Positions 47,101 to 55,639 of a stretch of 64,000 nucleotides of DNA are shown piece by piece. The notes under the pieces were generated by a model that worked only from the letters and a program-made list of their open reading frames with translations, made no database searches and was not told where the DNA came from. Both the position numbers and the translations under genes were made by a program. The DNA lies in the IMG/VR virus record IMGVR_UViG_3300032007_000008; one strand, written 5' to 3'. The first letter of the stretch is position 1, and every line of letters begins with the position of its first letter. This DNA is from a virus (Duplodnaviria; Heunggongvirae; Uroviricota; Caudoviricetes).

Positions 47101-47409
47101 AGACAACGACTCTTTTCTGTAAACATTTATGTTCAATGGACCGGAATATGTACGACGGACAACTCCGCTGGAAAGCTGACTCGCACCAGTCAAATTATAA
47201 ATCGAGTATTTTTCAGAAGTAAGCGCATTGTCGCACCCATTCTTGTAGAATGGGCTGTCTGGATAGTTTTCAGACGTTTCGGCCACCGAATCGCTCGCCA
47301 ACTCCTTCGTGAAATTGAATATATTTGTTATGCAGCGGTTAAGCGAATTGCTGTCAACCGCCTCTTCTCTCAATAGTATGCAGTCTTCTAAATCCATATT
47401 AAACTCCAA
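41122..47409 (-). CDS. 2095-aa tail protein with DUF285/BspA-like LRR repeats and a C-terminal lectin-like domain
   Basis: Many xxMFxGCxxAxFxxLxxI repeats; C-terminal YID..IDT..LFA..RLYGCEIWE..RKFIP..LYESVEG domain typical of phage tail proteins. Confidence 0.7.
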   Translation of the reverse strand: MEFNMDLEDCILLREEAVDSNSLNRCITNIFNFTKELASDSVAETSENYPDSPFYKNGCDNALTSEKYSIYNLTGASQLSSGVVRRTYSGPLNINVYRKESLSSNSATGFYEYGMDTVVNEFVPTVETLYSPTYPLVFSSLLGSEEAGPFVNGTCTIESNFLPTVKYTSYLLCSGFGVSFGTITFSANDGMTQENVLQIDVTNDLIHMQNVDEIKFVGISNGYGSGVKRISENMDMVEDVCSTEITYLDKSHNSILLKSITKNDASESIRIDKSSGRILEDDEDAEYGTYVKLDNSEYSLNFFVVFTYTLPDVAFDNNAIGLGQSNGKTSFVRFQQNISEIDGTPLTLPKFKYLDTYDNGQLAANEAKDVESAFENSENAVFPVLEHISNVLRNGKNCFKGCKSATFESLSSISLAKAISVESMFEGCISASFDALSSVALPMASRCDSMFYGCANSKFGNLETLKICGDSSRMFFNCPKATFAKLGTIDGNAANMTEIFRGCDNATFKLLASIWSGYNGQTNAASAFIFLENATFDALTTLGMGNLGYSSQSMFEGCKKSTFSSLASIKGTGADTYANAKGPVDARRMFYGCTKGTFSNLHSLGDLLKNSSEMFRECENLNLNITDTLNSLNSAGYMFAGSNSVTLATLGRSLYDGEGIFEGASSVTIKSFGDRTGTESPMNANMVNAFKNAENVSISGDVFANNSDMYGMFDTVGVLSLDSTDSRMLTSDENTACRRMDYMFRNVTSPSVFVKYGHSIFPKNLESASYMFYNVTRNLSDGIFGVDVNGGRGIERILSRVVEGSTVTVDTLRESNVSDVSYMFTNRHMGGEKATRLFRNVEYVDSSMPEYSQYSMHIPHAAKKADGMYENVTVGGNASLTSAIVMIPPTLTSANRMFYHSAELSSSGIPMAFASTTDSPNYKGGTVYFSDKLADNHTDWMKGARFASMRGNDCDLTLSVKNLSSDYFEGSDFTFDCFSHIIDRSGVYWSDGNKNYTFFCGNSENPRETHFSGLKDDISKWFTEGCEFANILAPYSSTDAYGYTLRKDTSSQLPDGISKTFMKIYNSEIEQISQYTNDVDLDSLSGLDGDNMTCMFCLPMLSKYSTSLRYYKSDGAPAEYTNNKNYSDARVYGNNLYTITTSANRSSTDKYCDNDSYSNATFKGLKHISSVNMPFAFYNLQSATFENVTSIGGNIANAVCAFSNCKNATFSNLSSIRINAKYTNDSLSSNSFVSSTKNTEWNNLFYRMFDGCDMATFEKLSGIYVNGISDVVMSYMFRDSGLAHIPNVDITANGVIRCGGKSFSRYIADNASPSISIKLNNGESSSSVTFDNVASLYLKHKSDDTEYGIPKFSLKKYNSTSNYLTSVFTVGVPSNVTSVSIPCSCNMYNSNSYEYFEIFGMLTGGGYVSIAKYSGTGNKEANWTASGNSLSSIKIVHYCYGSYAKDGVIIPHIKLSSEGNEYIFRNFKFAKDGTTDIMESKGLKAEQKPVNYTGNLFQNDHISIRGSSVNAASGFSESASELSSVSVLAGYDIYSNFLFSNSKLDFSDGASIVVSSENGTVDAKNMFSGCYNSDFGSLSELKICQSELAEDSNSYPARANMGVSRMFENCPMATLENLSSLYLLIDYKNNFYSYSNMFDGCTDSLNLSSLSLSTTNIHRLGYNNTRTNGTKLFSGVVGIGEINRSSVIENLRLDSSIACCMDWNSYLSSERFEDCLQSYDTASILKNVPTLHTNFRYVSSTSEDLSPFKLDYAIGGFKSFGVISTDSETGITLSGFPEGGTAIAEIYAKFYGNTTTNSSASGNALVHRSKSDTTVNTQLITSSDVVTGSVPYRYTFKLDRNHYDDWVMFSAKTFNSSYGVYLYGLRILSNKDSYVVDGVDWHVVEYIDNNYNGRGAVIDTLYFPCHNTTVKFNGILFSTNTECGYFGCKGLGNWFGVKNQSTDNRIVANVGAFQTSYVTVTKGIAQTNTVGSLTESDNISEIILDANAITSNLIVNNRRAMSSNLASVTNYSKFRCTKTMALFALHSSEVGDEYSNISKVRLYGCEIWESNILKRKFIPVRRVYGGTYKYALYESVEGKIYESVTNVDFTGGGEY

Positions 47410-48625
47410 ACAGCAATATCTGCAATTGTGACTTGGCGTTAACCCCCCGTATCATACCGTTCATCGACGGGTCATCAGCCGAACCTGCGAAAAACTTAAG
47501 CGATATGTCAAGCGTAAGCATGTTGTCCTTTACTTTTCCCTTTCGCATGTATGCATTTTCATACTTTTTCAATATCACCGACCCTCCAACAGGCGAAACA
47601 TTTAATGGCCGTCCTTTAGTAGTCAATCCGATGGCGACTTCACTAAGGGGCTTTTCCGTAAGAACATCAACGTTGTCGAATGTACTGTCTCCTTCATCTG
47701 AAGTTTTTCCGATGAGCACTGACGGCCTACTGTCATTATTGTACATACATAGCTGAGACAGTATTACGGGTTTCTCCGAAAATACGTATTTCGACCTCGG
47801 AAATTCCGTATTCGATTGTTCGGTCGTGGATGTGCCGGATTCATTATAGATAACTTTCGAGGTATATCCATAAAGCCTTTCGTAAAGTTCGGCCACGCTG
47901 ATGTAAACCGTAAAGCTTACTTCAACATACGACTGCTTGAATGAAGAGTACGCAGTATAGTTGCAGTCGTTATAGTGTATAGAACCCCACGTATTGAACA
48001 TGGAATCATATTCAAGAGAACGGTCAAAAAGAGACGTAATTGGTAAAGAGTCGGCGGTCTTCAACGAATCTATTGATTCCTGAGACGACGAATCATTAAC
48101 GAGGGTCGTTGGAAAACCTACAATTCTCCTAGAACTGTCGATGCTTCCATGATATACGCCATTACCGAACATTACTGGAACATCATTGAGAGAAACGTCC
48201 GTTGTGAGTATTACCATACGTATGCCGTTCGGCATCGTAAGAAATTGACAACCGCCCTCGTCAAGCCCTATCGTCAAAGATGTATCAGCGTTTGGTTGAG
48301 CACTAGTAACCTGTAGTGTCTTCGAAAAATTTGTAGAATTTGACTGCTCAAAGGCGAATTTTGACAAAGCCGTTATTCCAAGAGGCTGTTCATTGAACTC
48401 GGCTGCGCCACTATCGTAGTATATGAACGATTCTGGACTCTGATTGCTTATCTTAACCAAACCATACTCTGTGCTTGTGGCTTCCGTTACGGTTATTTTT
48501 CTCTCCTCTTCGGAAAGCTGCTCAAGCAATCCGTGCAAATTCGATAGAGGTCTATTGACTGTAAGCTTGTCAACCGACTCGTTAGGATATAGCGTGTATT
48601 CCTTTGTTGAATTTGCTGCGACCAT
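47399..48625 (-). CDS. Tail fibre/baseplate-associated protein (408 aa)
   Basis: EATSTEYGLVKIS fibre repeat; late promoter at 48658-48665. Confidence 0.65.
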   Translation of the reverse strand: MVAANSTKEYTLYPNESVDKLTVNRPLSNLHGLLEQLSEEERKITVTEATSTEYGLVKISNQSPESFIYYDSGAAEFNEQPLGITALSKFAFEQSNSTNFSKTLQVTSAQPNADTSLTIGLDEGGCQFLTMPNGIRMVILTTDVSLNDVPVMFGNGVYHGSIDSSRRIVGFPTTLVNDSSSQESIDSLKTADSLPITSLFDRSLEYDSMFNTWGSIHYNDCNYTAYSSFKQSYVEVSFTVYISVAELYERLYGYTSKVIYNESGTSTTEQSNTEFPRSKYVFSEKPVILSQLCMYNNDSRPSVLIGKTSDEGDSTFDNVDVLTEKPLSEVAIGLTTKGRPLNVSPVGGSVILKKYENAYMRKGKVKDNMLTLDISLKFFAGSADDPSMNGMIRGVNAKSQLQILLFGV

Positions 48626-48676
48626 TACGTGGAAATTATATGTTTATGCTCTTTCCACTATTTAGTGTTCCATGGC

Positions 48677-51600
48677 TTAGCTCAGTATAACGTCGAACAA
48701 CTCGGTCTGTGCTGGCTTCATTCCATCAACTATGTCTGTCACATGGTTCTTTATCCATACGGAAAGCTGACGCTTCTGCTCATCCGTCAGATAGGGGCTG
48801 TCATCTATGCCAAGGCCATCTATCCTCACGCTGAAAAGATTGGATTTATGTATATTCTGCGACGTGAAACGGTTCAACGAGTATACCGCCTCGACGTTAT
48901 CATACGTCTTGAACGAATTTACGTTTTCTCCCTGGTACTCATCGACTTTTGTATGCAGCGACACTGACGGGTCGTCAGTCCTCAGGTCGGTCATGGTCAT
49001 GGCTATGGCATATGCATTGTCAGAGATTTTTATGCCATATGGAAGCGACGCGGAACCGGCAACACGGTCTGCTGTCATGTACCACATTCCATGGTTTCCG
49101 ACACCAAAAACCATCCTGTTTCCGTTAGCCCTTATGAAACTCTTGTTTGACGAATTTACGACAAGACTCCCTATTTCCTCATAAGTATTCAGTTCGAGAA
49201 TGTTGCTATTTCCAAAAAGACTTGGGATGCTGTTCGATGCCACTACAGATACGGATATTGGATTTGGGTTAACAATCGGAAGGTTTGCTCCGTCAAATCC
49301 GCGCATGCCGAATGTGAAATTGCTTGATTTATATTCGTCAAATCCATGCCCCGAGTCATCGTCGCCGGTAAGGTTTACAGTAGTACTCCATTCAAACTCT
49401 ATCGGCTTTCTCACGAACGAATAGCTGGAAATAGCCTTAGTCTGCTGCAAGTTGGCCGTTGCAGGCACTGTATTATTCGAAGTAGATGCACTCAACGCTC
49501 TCTGGTTAGCAGTGGCTGTGGTGAGGATTTTGTTTGAATATCCGAAAATGGCTGGAACAATTGTCTTAAGATGCACCGAAATCGAATAGTTGTTGTATGT
49601 CTGTGGGCATACTGTCAATATCGATGTAGTAACTACGGATGACGTACTGTATGTTGGGGTTCCTGATATCGATATATTCTTTGTCTCCGATTCGGTCCTA
49701 TCTCCAACTTCCTTCAAAAATCCATCCATACTTTGAAACATAGTTGTTGTTTCATACGTATGCGTCCAAGAGTTACTCTCCGAAAACTCAATTTCCTCTT
49801 TGTCGGCCCTGAAGTATATTGGCTGTTTTCGCGTCTGTGAACCATATATCCTCTTGTTGCGTTCCGCAGCGGTATTTGGATATAAAGGATGCCAATAGTC
49901 CGTTCCACTGCATCCTGCCGTCTTTACGGTTTCCTTGCTGCTGAGTCCATGCGTAATAAGCGTGGTGAAATGTCCTATCACCGCTCCACTAGTCTCCGTG
50001 CATCCACTGCATGTTATTGTAGAGATTTGCCCTGTGATATCATCTTTTCGAACTTTGACGAGTTTCACGAGCGGACAACTACTAATACCTATGGTCCATA
50101 TGAGCCTGCTAATCTCCTTTTCGCCATCAGCAGCAGACTTCGACGATTGTCCCCTTGTAATATAATCGTCAACATCCGCAGAATAGTTTTCGAAAAACAA
50201 AGACGACATGTTCATGGTATTTATATATGTATCATATGAAAAACCAGAATTATCATATGAATTCATTTCAGCGGATGTTCCGCTTCCATAAATCGCGCTA
50301 GACAAAATCTGTTCGGTTACGGAACGTTCGTCTGGAGTCGTGCGAGATAAGAGACCGAAGTACAGGTATCTATCATTGTACGCCAAATCCATGTCAAGAA
50401 CTGTATAGGAACTATTGGATGACGTAAATGTTGAATTCGCGGAGTTGACGGCAGAACATGTGTCATATACTATCTTGTTTCCGCTCGTAAAATCATAATA
50501 TCCGTTTATTGCGAGATTTTCATCATAGAACAACACAGAGCGTATATTTCTGCCGCCGTCCTTCATAATCTTGTAGTTGGTGAACGTAAATGCCGAAGTA
50601 GATGCTGCATCCGTCATGAACAATGTCTGTGGAGAACCGTTAACACTACTTACATACGCTAAATGGTAGCTGTCGCTTCCTATCTTCTCGTCGTTTGCTA
50701 TGAACGAGAATCCGCTGACGATTGCGTTCCGTCCTGTTGGCATGATGAACTCATGTATTCTGTATTCTCCGTCTGTATTATCTGGATAATCGCATTTTAC
50801 ACCGTTTTTATATACATAATCACAGCTAGAACCGCTAGAAAACACCATGAACTCGTTGCCTGAGAGAAACGCCGTCCTGGCCAGTCGTTCTCCATCGTTG
50901 ATTATCGAATCCGGCAGATTTATCCCCGTGGAAACAAATGTACCGCCGGTCGCTGGAACCGTTTCATATGGATATTTGGTATTACTACTGCCATAAGAGC
51001 CATATGTCTTGCGGTAATCTATTATACAAAGTGGATAACTGTTAGACGAACGCATAGCGACAAAATCGATGCAATTCTTGTTGTCAGTCAAATTCCAAAT
51101 GCCTGCATCAATTGCACTCCACTTTGTGCTTCCCGGATTAAGGTAATATAGGTGCGCAACGTCAACGGCGGATGCCGTGTCTATCTTGGAAAACAGCTCT
51201 CCGCACCTGAAAGAATAGCCGTTTATGTCTTCATAGTCTCTCGACACGAGAAGGATATTCCTACTCTTGTCATATGCAAGGCAAAACCTATCATTGCCTG
51301 TAGTCTCAAACGAGTTTATGAATGTGTAGCATCCTGAGGTTATCTCTTCGGTATCGAACGTAACGCCTATGACATTATTGTCACCATCTCGCGTTTCTAC
51401 AAGGTTTTTAACTATTCTTGCGTTCTTGATAGGTTCATTTATGGCCTTATACTTTATACCGTTTCCATCAGCCGTTTCCGAATACTTGTCGTCCGTAAAT
51501 AGAAAAGCTTCATCAAAAAGGTTAGCTATTCCAGAAAGCGGCACAAGCTCATCCTCGTTGTCATACTCAGATGTAAGCTCTGCATCATCCTGCGCCGAAG

Positions 51601-54600
51601 AGTATCTCAATATGTAATTTCCACGATTTTGCGCAGAATATGCCATTCCATTTGTGTTCTCCATATCGATGATACGTCCATTCTCCGACTTTTCAGAATA
51701 TACGTAACTATTTCCAATCAGTTTCTCGGTGACAGGAGCACCAGCATCTGGTAGGCTTATTGTCGTAAATATATTTCCAGAGTATCCAACAATATTTTTA
51801 CCGCATTTCTCGAAATTGACATTAGTAGGATTCATCTCGATTATGTCGTTTGCGGTAGAAATCTCCATGTAATGCCTCAAAACGGACATTCCGCTGTAAA
51901 ACCACTGTAAGCCTTCGGAAGTCCAAATTACTTCGTTGGACGACTTATCCTTTACAGGAATAGAATATTCAACAACTATAACTCCGTCAAAAAACCTTAT
52001 GTCCTCAACACGTCTATCATTTCCAATAGAAACCGGAGTTTTTTCATTAAGAAGTGAATTTGTCTCTATAAGTTCAAAATATTCGACTTCTTTGCCAGTT
52101 TCTTCTTTGCTGAGGCTTATATAGTAAAACCCGTCATGATATTTTACGAATTCAACATGATATCCGGCGTAAAATGGTTTCCACTCTTCACCTTCGTTTG
52201 ATGCAGGATACACATGAAGACCTTTCTTTGGGGCTATCCTGAACAGGTATCGGAAATTGCTTCCTAGAGTTTCTCCACTGGACATGACTTTTTCTATTTC
52301 ATATAGAGACTGTGTTGACCTCATGTCCTGAGAGCTGTTTAGGTTTACGACAACATATCCGCCTGTAGGATATTTTGGAACAGGATTGTCATATCCCCTG
52401 CCACCGTCCGGTATATCACCCTCTGTCACACTCTCGGCATTCACAGAATAGTTCTTGACTACGAGATAGTTGTTGACAAGCTGAATATCGTCAAGCGTCA
52501 TGCTCTTGTCGAGCTTTCCCTCGAAAACCTTAAGTCCTGTTCCAGCCGTGATAAAATCCCAATATGACGGAATAGGATATGCGTAACCACGCCTATCGTG
52601 AGACATAGATGTAAAGTCTTTCACGCTTGCAACTGTGCCTGGTGTACCAATCGGGTGATTGCTACATCTCCATATCCCATTCATACAATACCAACCGTCT
52701 TGCGTGTACGACGAATACTTGTCGCAGCCTTCTATATAAAATTCGTAAGATATTCCGCCATATTGTAGGCACAGACCTCCTAGTGAATTAGATGATGCTG
52801 AATCGGAATAAAAATCGTCATCCAAAACGCATGTTCCATCATCGGTATTCCATTTGACAAGAACCGGCCCTGCGTCATGAAGTGGAGTATGTGGCAGAAT
52901 GCTCTTTATTGAAACCGCATTCGAACGGTCTATCGGATATCCATTGACATAGGTGTGATTGGATATTCCAACCTGTTCTATATCTGCGCTTGCAGAACCA
53001 AAAAATGCAGCAATAGGTTCTCTTACTCCTATTGGCAAAAGAGTAAACGTCTGAAAATACCGATATTTATCTCCATCTTCAAGTGAATATGTTCCAAGAA
53101 GGGCTGATTCGGCATACGTAAACTTGTCGAGACTCTTGTATGATGCCAACGGAAACGTTATTTCGCTAACTGTCTTTGCGGCTGCGCTGGATACATTTGT
53201 CTGCAAAGTAAATTTCATTTCCCTGCAAATCGGTATTTCGCCGCCAACGGCAGCTGTAAGGCTTTCCGATTTGTTGGACGGTCCGCAATATCTGGTGGGA
53301 ATTCTATTTTCATCGCGAAATATGTCATCCTTGGAGCACATTCCGACAGTTCCGTCATCGTACTGTATGAACACGTAGCTTCCGTTGTCAACACTAAACG
53401 AACTCTTAGACTGAAGTTCAAAATCTCCATCGTCCAATTGAACTATATTGTCAGGCTTTATGTCGAATATGTACTTTCCTCCTGTAGATGCGAGAGTTAT
53501 ATTCGAAATGAGACCAAAGTCGTATTCGCAAGGACCGCCTTCGCATGTGTCCATATACTCCCATTTAAGGGTATGCATTTCATTTCCGGACGCTTCATAC
53601 GTGTATGACTGGAATGTTATCGTTCCGTCTTTTCGAGTTTTCTCTGAACCTCCAACGCCTTCAGTATATGAACCAGACTTCGTATGGCTAAAAACCTTTT
53701 TAACCGTAAAAGCACCATAATCCACAGAATCGTAGAATCTTAATGGATTATGGCCGAAAAATTCCCTCAATGCCACGGAAAACGTAATCTTGAACGGTGC
53801 TGGAACTTCCATAGTCGCATAGGTCGTCCTAGAAATCCCATTAAGCTCCATTCGTATGGAGTTAAAACCATTTAGTTTGTGAGAATCATCTATTCTCCAA
53901 GCTCTCTTTGTCTTGGATTCCGGCTTCAGCACAAATGCTCCGTCAAAATCACCGATGGAAATTGGGGAATAATCGAATATCGGAGTAAATCCGACCAGTG
54001 AATTTCCAACCAAATCTCCATCAAAGGTTATGCTGCTTGGTATTTCTGACGATGGATGGAATGTCGCGGCAAAATAGTTTCCAATCGGATATTTGACATT
54101 TGCGGTATCGGTGAAATCCTTTGACAAGTAAATCTTGCATGACGTTGTTTCGTCGCTCACAAAATATTTTTTGACTGCAAGAATGTCCTCTCCATTGTAG
54201 AACACGTCCGTTCGCCCATCCGTATCGTTGAACGACGGATTCCTAAGCCCAACGTAGCCGGGATTTTGAGGACAGCTTCCAAGTCTAGGACCGATAAATG
54301 GGTCGAATGACATTTCAGATGTCTCGTCTGGATTCAGGGGATTCACATAGCCATAATCCCTAGATACGACATTTATAGAACCGTTGTTGCGTGTGCCTAT
54401 GAACACAGACGATTCAAGTTCGATAAACGTCATGTTATCGAGAAGTTCTCCTCTAATTTCCCCATATTCGTCTGCATCATGCTTAAACTTGTAATAGTAT
54501 GGAGTACTAAATCCTCCAACTTTCGGTATGTAGCACAGTTGCGTGACTCTGTTGTATTTTGCTAGATGTTTGGCCTCGGATTCGTCATCCCCTCCTGCCA

Positions 54601-55603
54601 TGGCATACAGTATAAACGACTCGTCCTTCGGCTCGAAAGAGCGAAGAATGCAATAGCTGTCGGAAGTCGCCAAAGCAAACGTAGAGAAATAGTCGTTGAA
54701 CCCATACGAAAGATAAGTGCGATATCTGGTATAGGTCACGTTTTTAGATACGGCTGCTGCTATTCCAGAAATACGCCCAAGAGTCCAAAGGTCGAACACG
54801 GTGTCCAGGTTAAGCTCCTGCTTTGGCCTATAGAATCCATATTCGTTGCATGTTCCCCTGAGATTGTTCCTGAAAACCATGTACAGAGTGTCGCCGGTAT
54901 GTCCTATTCCATAATATGTTCTGAAATTGTCGAACGATATTGTCTGTCCGTCATCCGTATGGCCGTTTACAGAAAAATTTTCATCATAAAAGTATTTCGT
55001 CAGAAAAGAATCGGAAAATACAGTTGGAACATCTATGAGAGTTCCATCTTCATCAAGCTCGTTGTCTCCGAAATCCGAATAATACTTTCCCATCGGAAAC
55101 TCCGTCACATACTGAACCCCAACGTTGGGATGGTATGTCAAGTCTGGAGCAATGGTATCCGAATCGTCCGCCGCTACTGAGGACAGATAATAATATTGAC
55201 AATAGTCTGGCAACGCCTCATAATCGAACGAATCCGAAGCTTTGGCATGAAATCTCGAAGTCGTAGGATTTGAGAGTGAATACCCAATATCCCCAACCTG
55301 GCACATTCCGCAATAACTACCGGCGTTCGGCATGTACATCTCCTCATGCCTGCGCTTATTTCGTGGAGATAGCTTGGAACCGTTCTTGAGGATTTGAGTT
55401 CGGAACAAAAATGCGGAGCTGTCGTAAAGATTGCTTATGAGCTTTCCGTCCGAAGTGTACAGGTTCCACGGATTAACGTCTATCGATTCGGCGAAATCGG
55501 CAGTTGACGCCACGGATTCGATATCCGCGACCATCTGCTTGTCGCCGGACAGAACAAACACGTTCTTGTCCGTAATCAGTATGTCATCGACTTTTAGTGG
55601 CAT
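48677..55603 (-). CDS. 2308-aa putative baseplate wedge protein with a large beta-rich body
   Basis: C-terminal ..VTDIVDGMKPAQTELF resembles the KPAHT motif of baseplate wedge proteins; late promoter at 55625-55632. Confidence 0.6.
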   Translation of the reverse strand: MPLKVDDILITDKNVFVLSGDKQMVADIESVASTADFAESIDVNPWNLYTSDGKLISNLYDSSAFLFRTQILKNGSKLSPRNKRRHEEMYMPNAGSYCGMCQVGDIGYSLSNPTTSRFHAKASDSFDYEALPDYCQYYYLSSVAADDSDTIAPDLTYHPNVGVQYVTEFPMGKYYSDFGDNELDEDGTLIDVPTVFSDSFLTKYFYDENFSVNGHTDDGQTISFDNFRTYYGIGHTGDTLYMVFRNNLRGTCNEYGFYRPKQELNLDTVFDLWTLGRISGIAAAVSKNVTYTRYRTYLSYGFNDYFSTFALATSDSYCILRSFEPKDESFILYAMAGGDDESEAKHLAKYNRVTQLCYIPKVGGFSTPYYYKFKHDADEYGEIRGELLDNMTFIELESSVFIGTRNNGSINVVSRDYGYVNPLNPDETSEMSFDPFIGPRLGSCPQNPGYVGLRNPSFNDTDGRTDVFYNGEDILAVKKYFVSDETTSCKIYLSKDFTDTANVKYPIGNYFAATFHPSSEIPSSITFDGDLVGNSLVGFTPIFDYSPISIGDFDGAFVLKPESKTKRAWRIDDSHKLNGFNSIRMELNGISRTTYATMEVPAPFKITFSVALREFFGHNPLRFYDSVDYGAFTVKKVFSHTKSGSYTEGVGGSEKTRKDGTITFQSYTYEASGNEMHTLKWEYMDTCEGGPCEYDFGLISNITLASTGGKYIFDIKPDNIVQLDDGDFELQSKSSFSVDNGSYVFIQYDDGTVGMCSKDDIFRDENRIPTRYCGPSNKSESLTAAVGGEIPICREMKFTLQTNVSSAAAKTVSEITFPLASYKSLDKFTYAESALLGTYSLEDGDKYRYFQTFTLLPIGVREPIAAFFGSASADIEQVGISNHTYVNGYPIDRSNAVSIKSILPHTPLHDAGPVLVKWNTDDGTCVLDDDFYSDSASSNSLGGLCLQYGGISYEFYIEGCDKYSSYTQDGWYCMNGIWRCSNHPIGTPGTVASVKDFTSMSHDRRGYAYPIPSYWDFITAGTGLKVFEGKLDKSMTLDDIQLVNNYLVVKNYSVNAESVTEGDIPDGGRGYDNPVPKYPTGGYVVVNLNSSQDMRSTQSLYEIEKVMSSGETLGSNFRYLFRIAPKKGLHVYPASNEGEEWKPFYAGYHVEFVKYHDGFYYISLSKEETGKEVEYFELIETNSLLNEKTPVSIGNDRRVEDIRFFDGVIVVEYSIPVKDKSSNEVIWTSEGLQWFYSGMSVLRHYMEISTANDIIEMNPTNVNFEKCGKNIVGYSGNIFTTISLPDAGAPVTEKLIGNSYVYSEKSENGRIIDMENTNGMAYSAQNRGNYILRYSSAQDDAELTSEYDNEDELVPLSGIANLFDEAFLFTDDKYSETADGNGIKYKAINEPIKNARIVKNLVETRDGDNNVIGVTFDTEEITSGCYTFINSFETTGNDRFCLAYDKSRNILLVSRDYEDINGYSFRCGELFSKIDTASAVDVAHLYYLNPGSTKWSAIDAGIWNLTDNKNCIDFVAMRSSNSYPLCIIDYRKTYGSYGSSNTKYPYETVPATGGTFVSTGINLPDSIINDGERLARTAFLSGNEFMVFSSGSSCDYVYKNGVKCDYPDNTDGEYRIHEFIMPTGRNAIVSGFSFIANDEKIGSDSYHLAYVSSVNGSPQTLFMTDAASTSAFTFTNYKIMKDGGRNIRSVLFYDENLAINGYYDFTSGNKIVYDTCSAVNSANSTFTSSNSSYTVLDMDLAYNDRYLYFGLLSRTTPDERSVTEQILSSAIYGSGTSAEMNSYDNSGFSYDTYINTMNMSSLFFENYSADVDDYITRGQSSKSAADGEKEISRLIWTIGISSCPLVKLVKVRKDDITGQISTITCSGCTETSGAVIGHFTTLITHGLSSKETVKTAGCSGTDYWHPLYPNTAAERNKRIYGSQTRKQPIYFRADKEEIEFSESNSWTHTYETTTMFQSMDGFLKEVGDRTESETKNISISGTPTYSTSSVVTTSILTVCPQTYNNYSISVHLKTIVPAIFGYSNKILTTATANQRALSASTSNNTVPATANLQQTKAISSYSFVRKPIEFEWSTTVNLTGDDDSGHGFDEYKSSNFTFGMRGFDGANLPIVNPNPISVSVVASNSIPSLFGNSNILELNTYEEIGSLVVNSSNKSFIRANGNRMVFGVGNHGMWYMTADRVAGSASLPYGIKISDNAYAIAMTMTDLRTDDPSVSLHTKVDEYQGENVNSFKTYDNVEAVYSLNRFTSQNIHKSNLFSVRIDGLGIDDSPYLTDEQKRQLSVWIKNHVTDIVDGMKPAQTELFDVILS

Positions 55604-55639
55604 CGCTTGAAAATAGTAATGTCACTATTTAGTGTTTCG

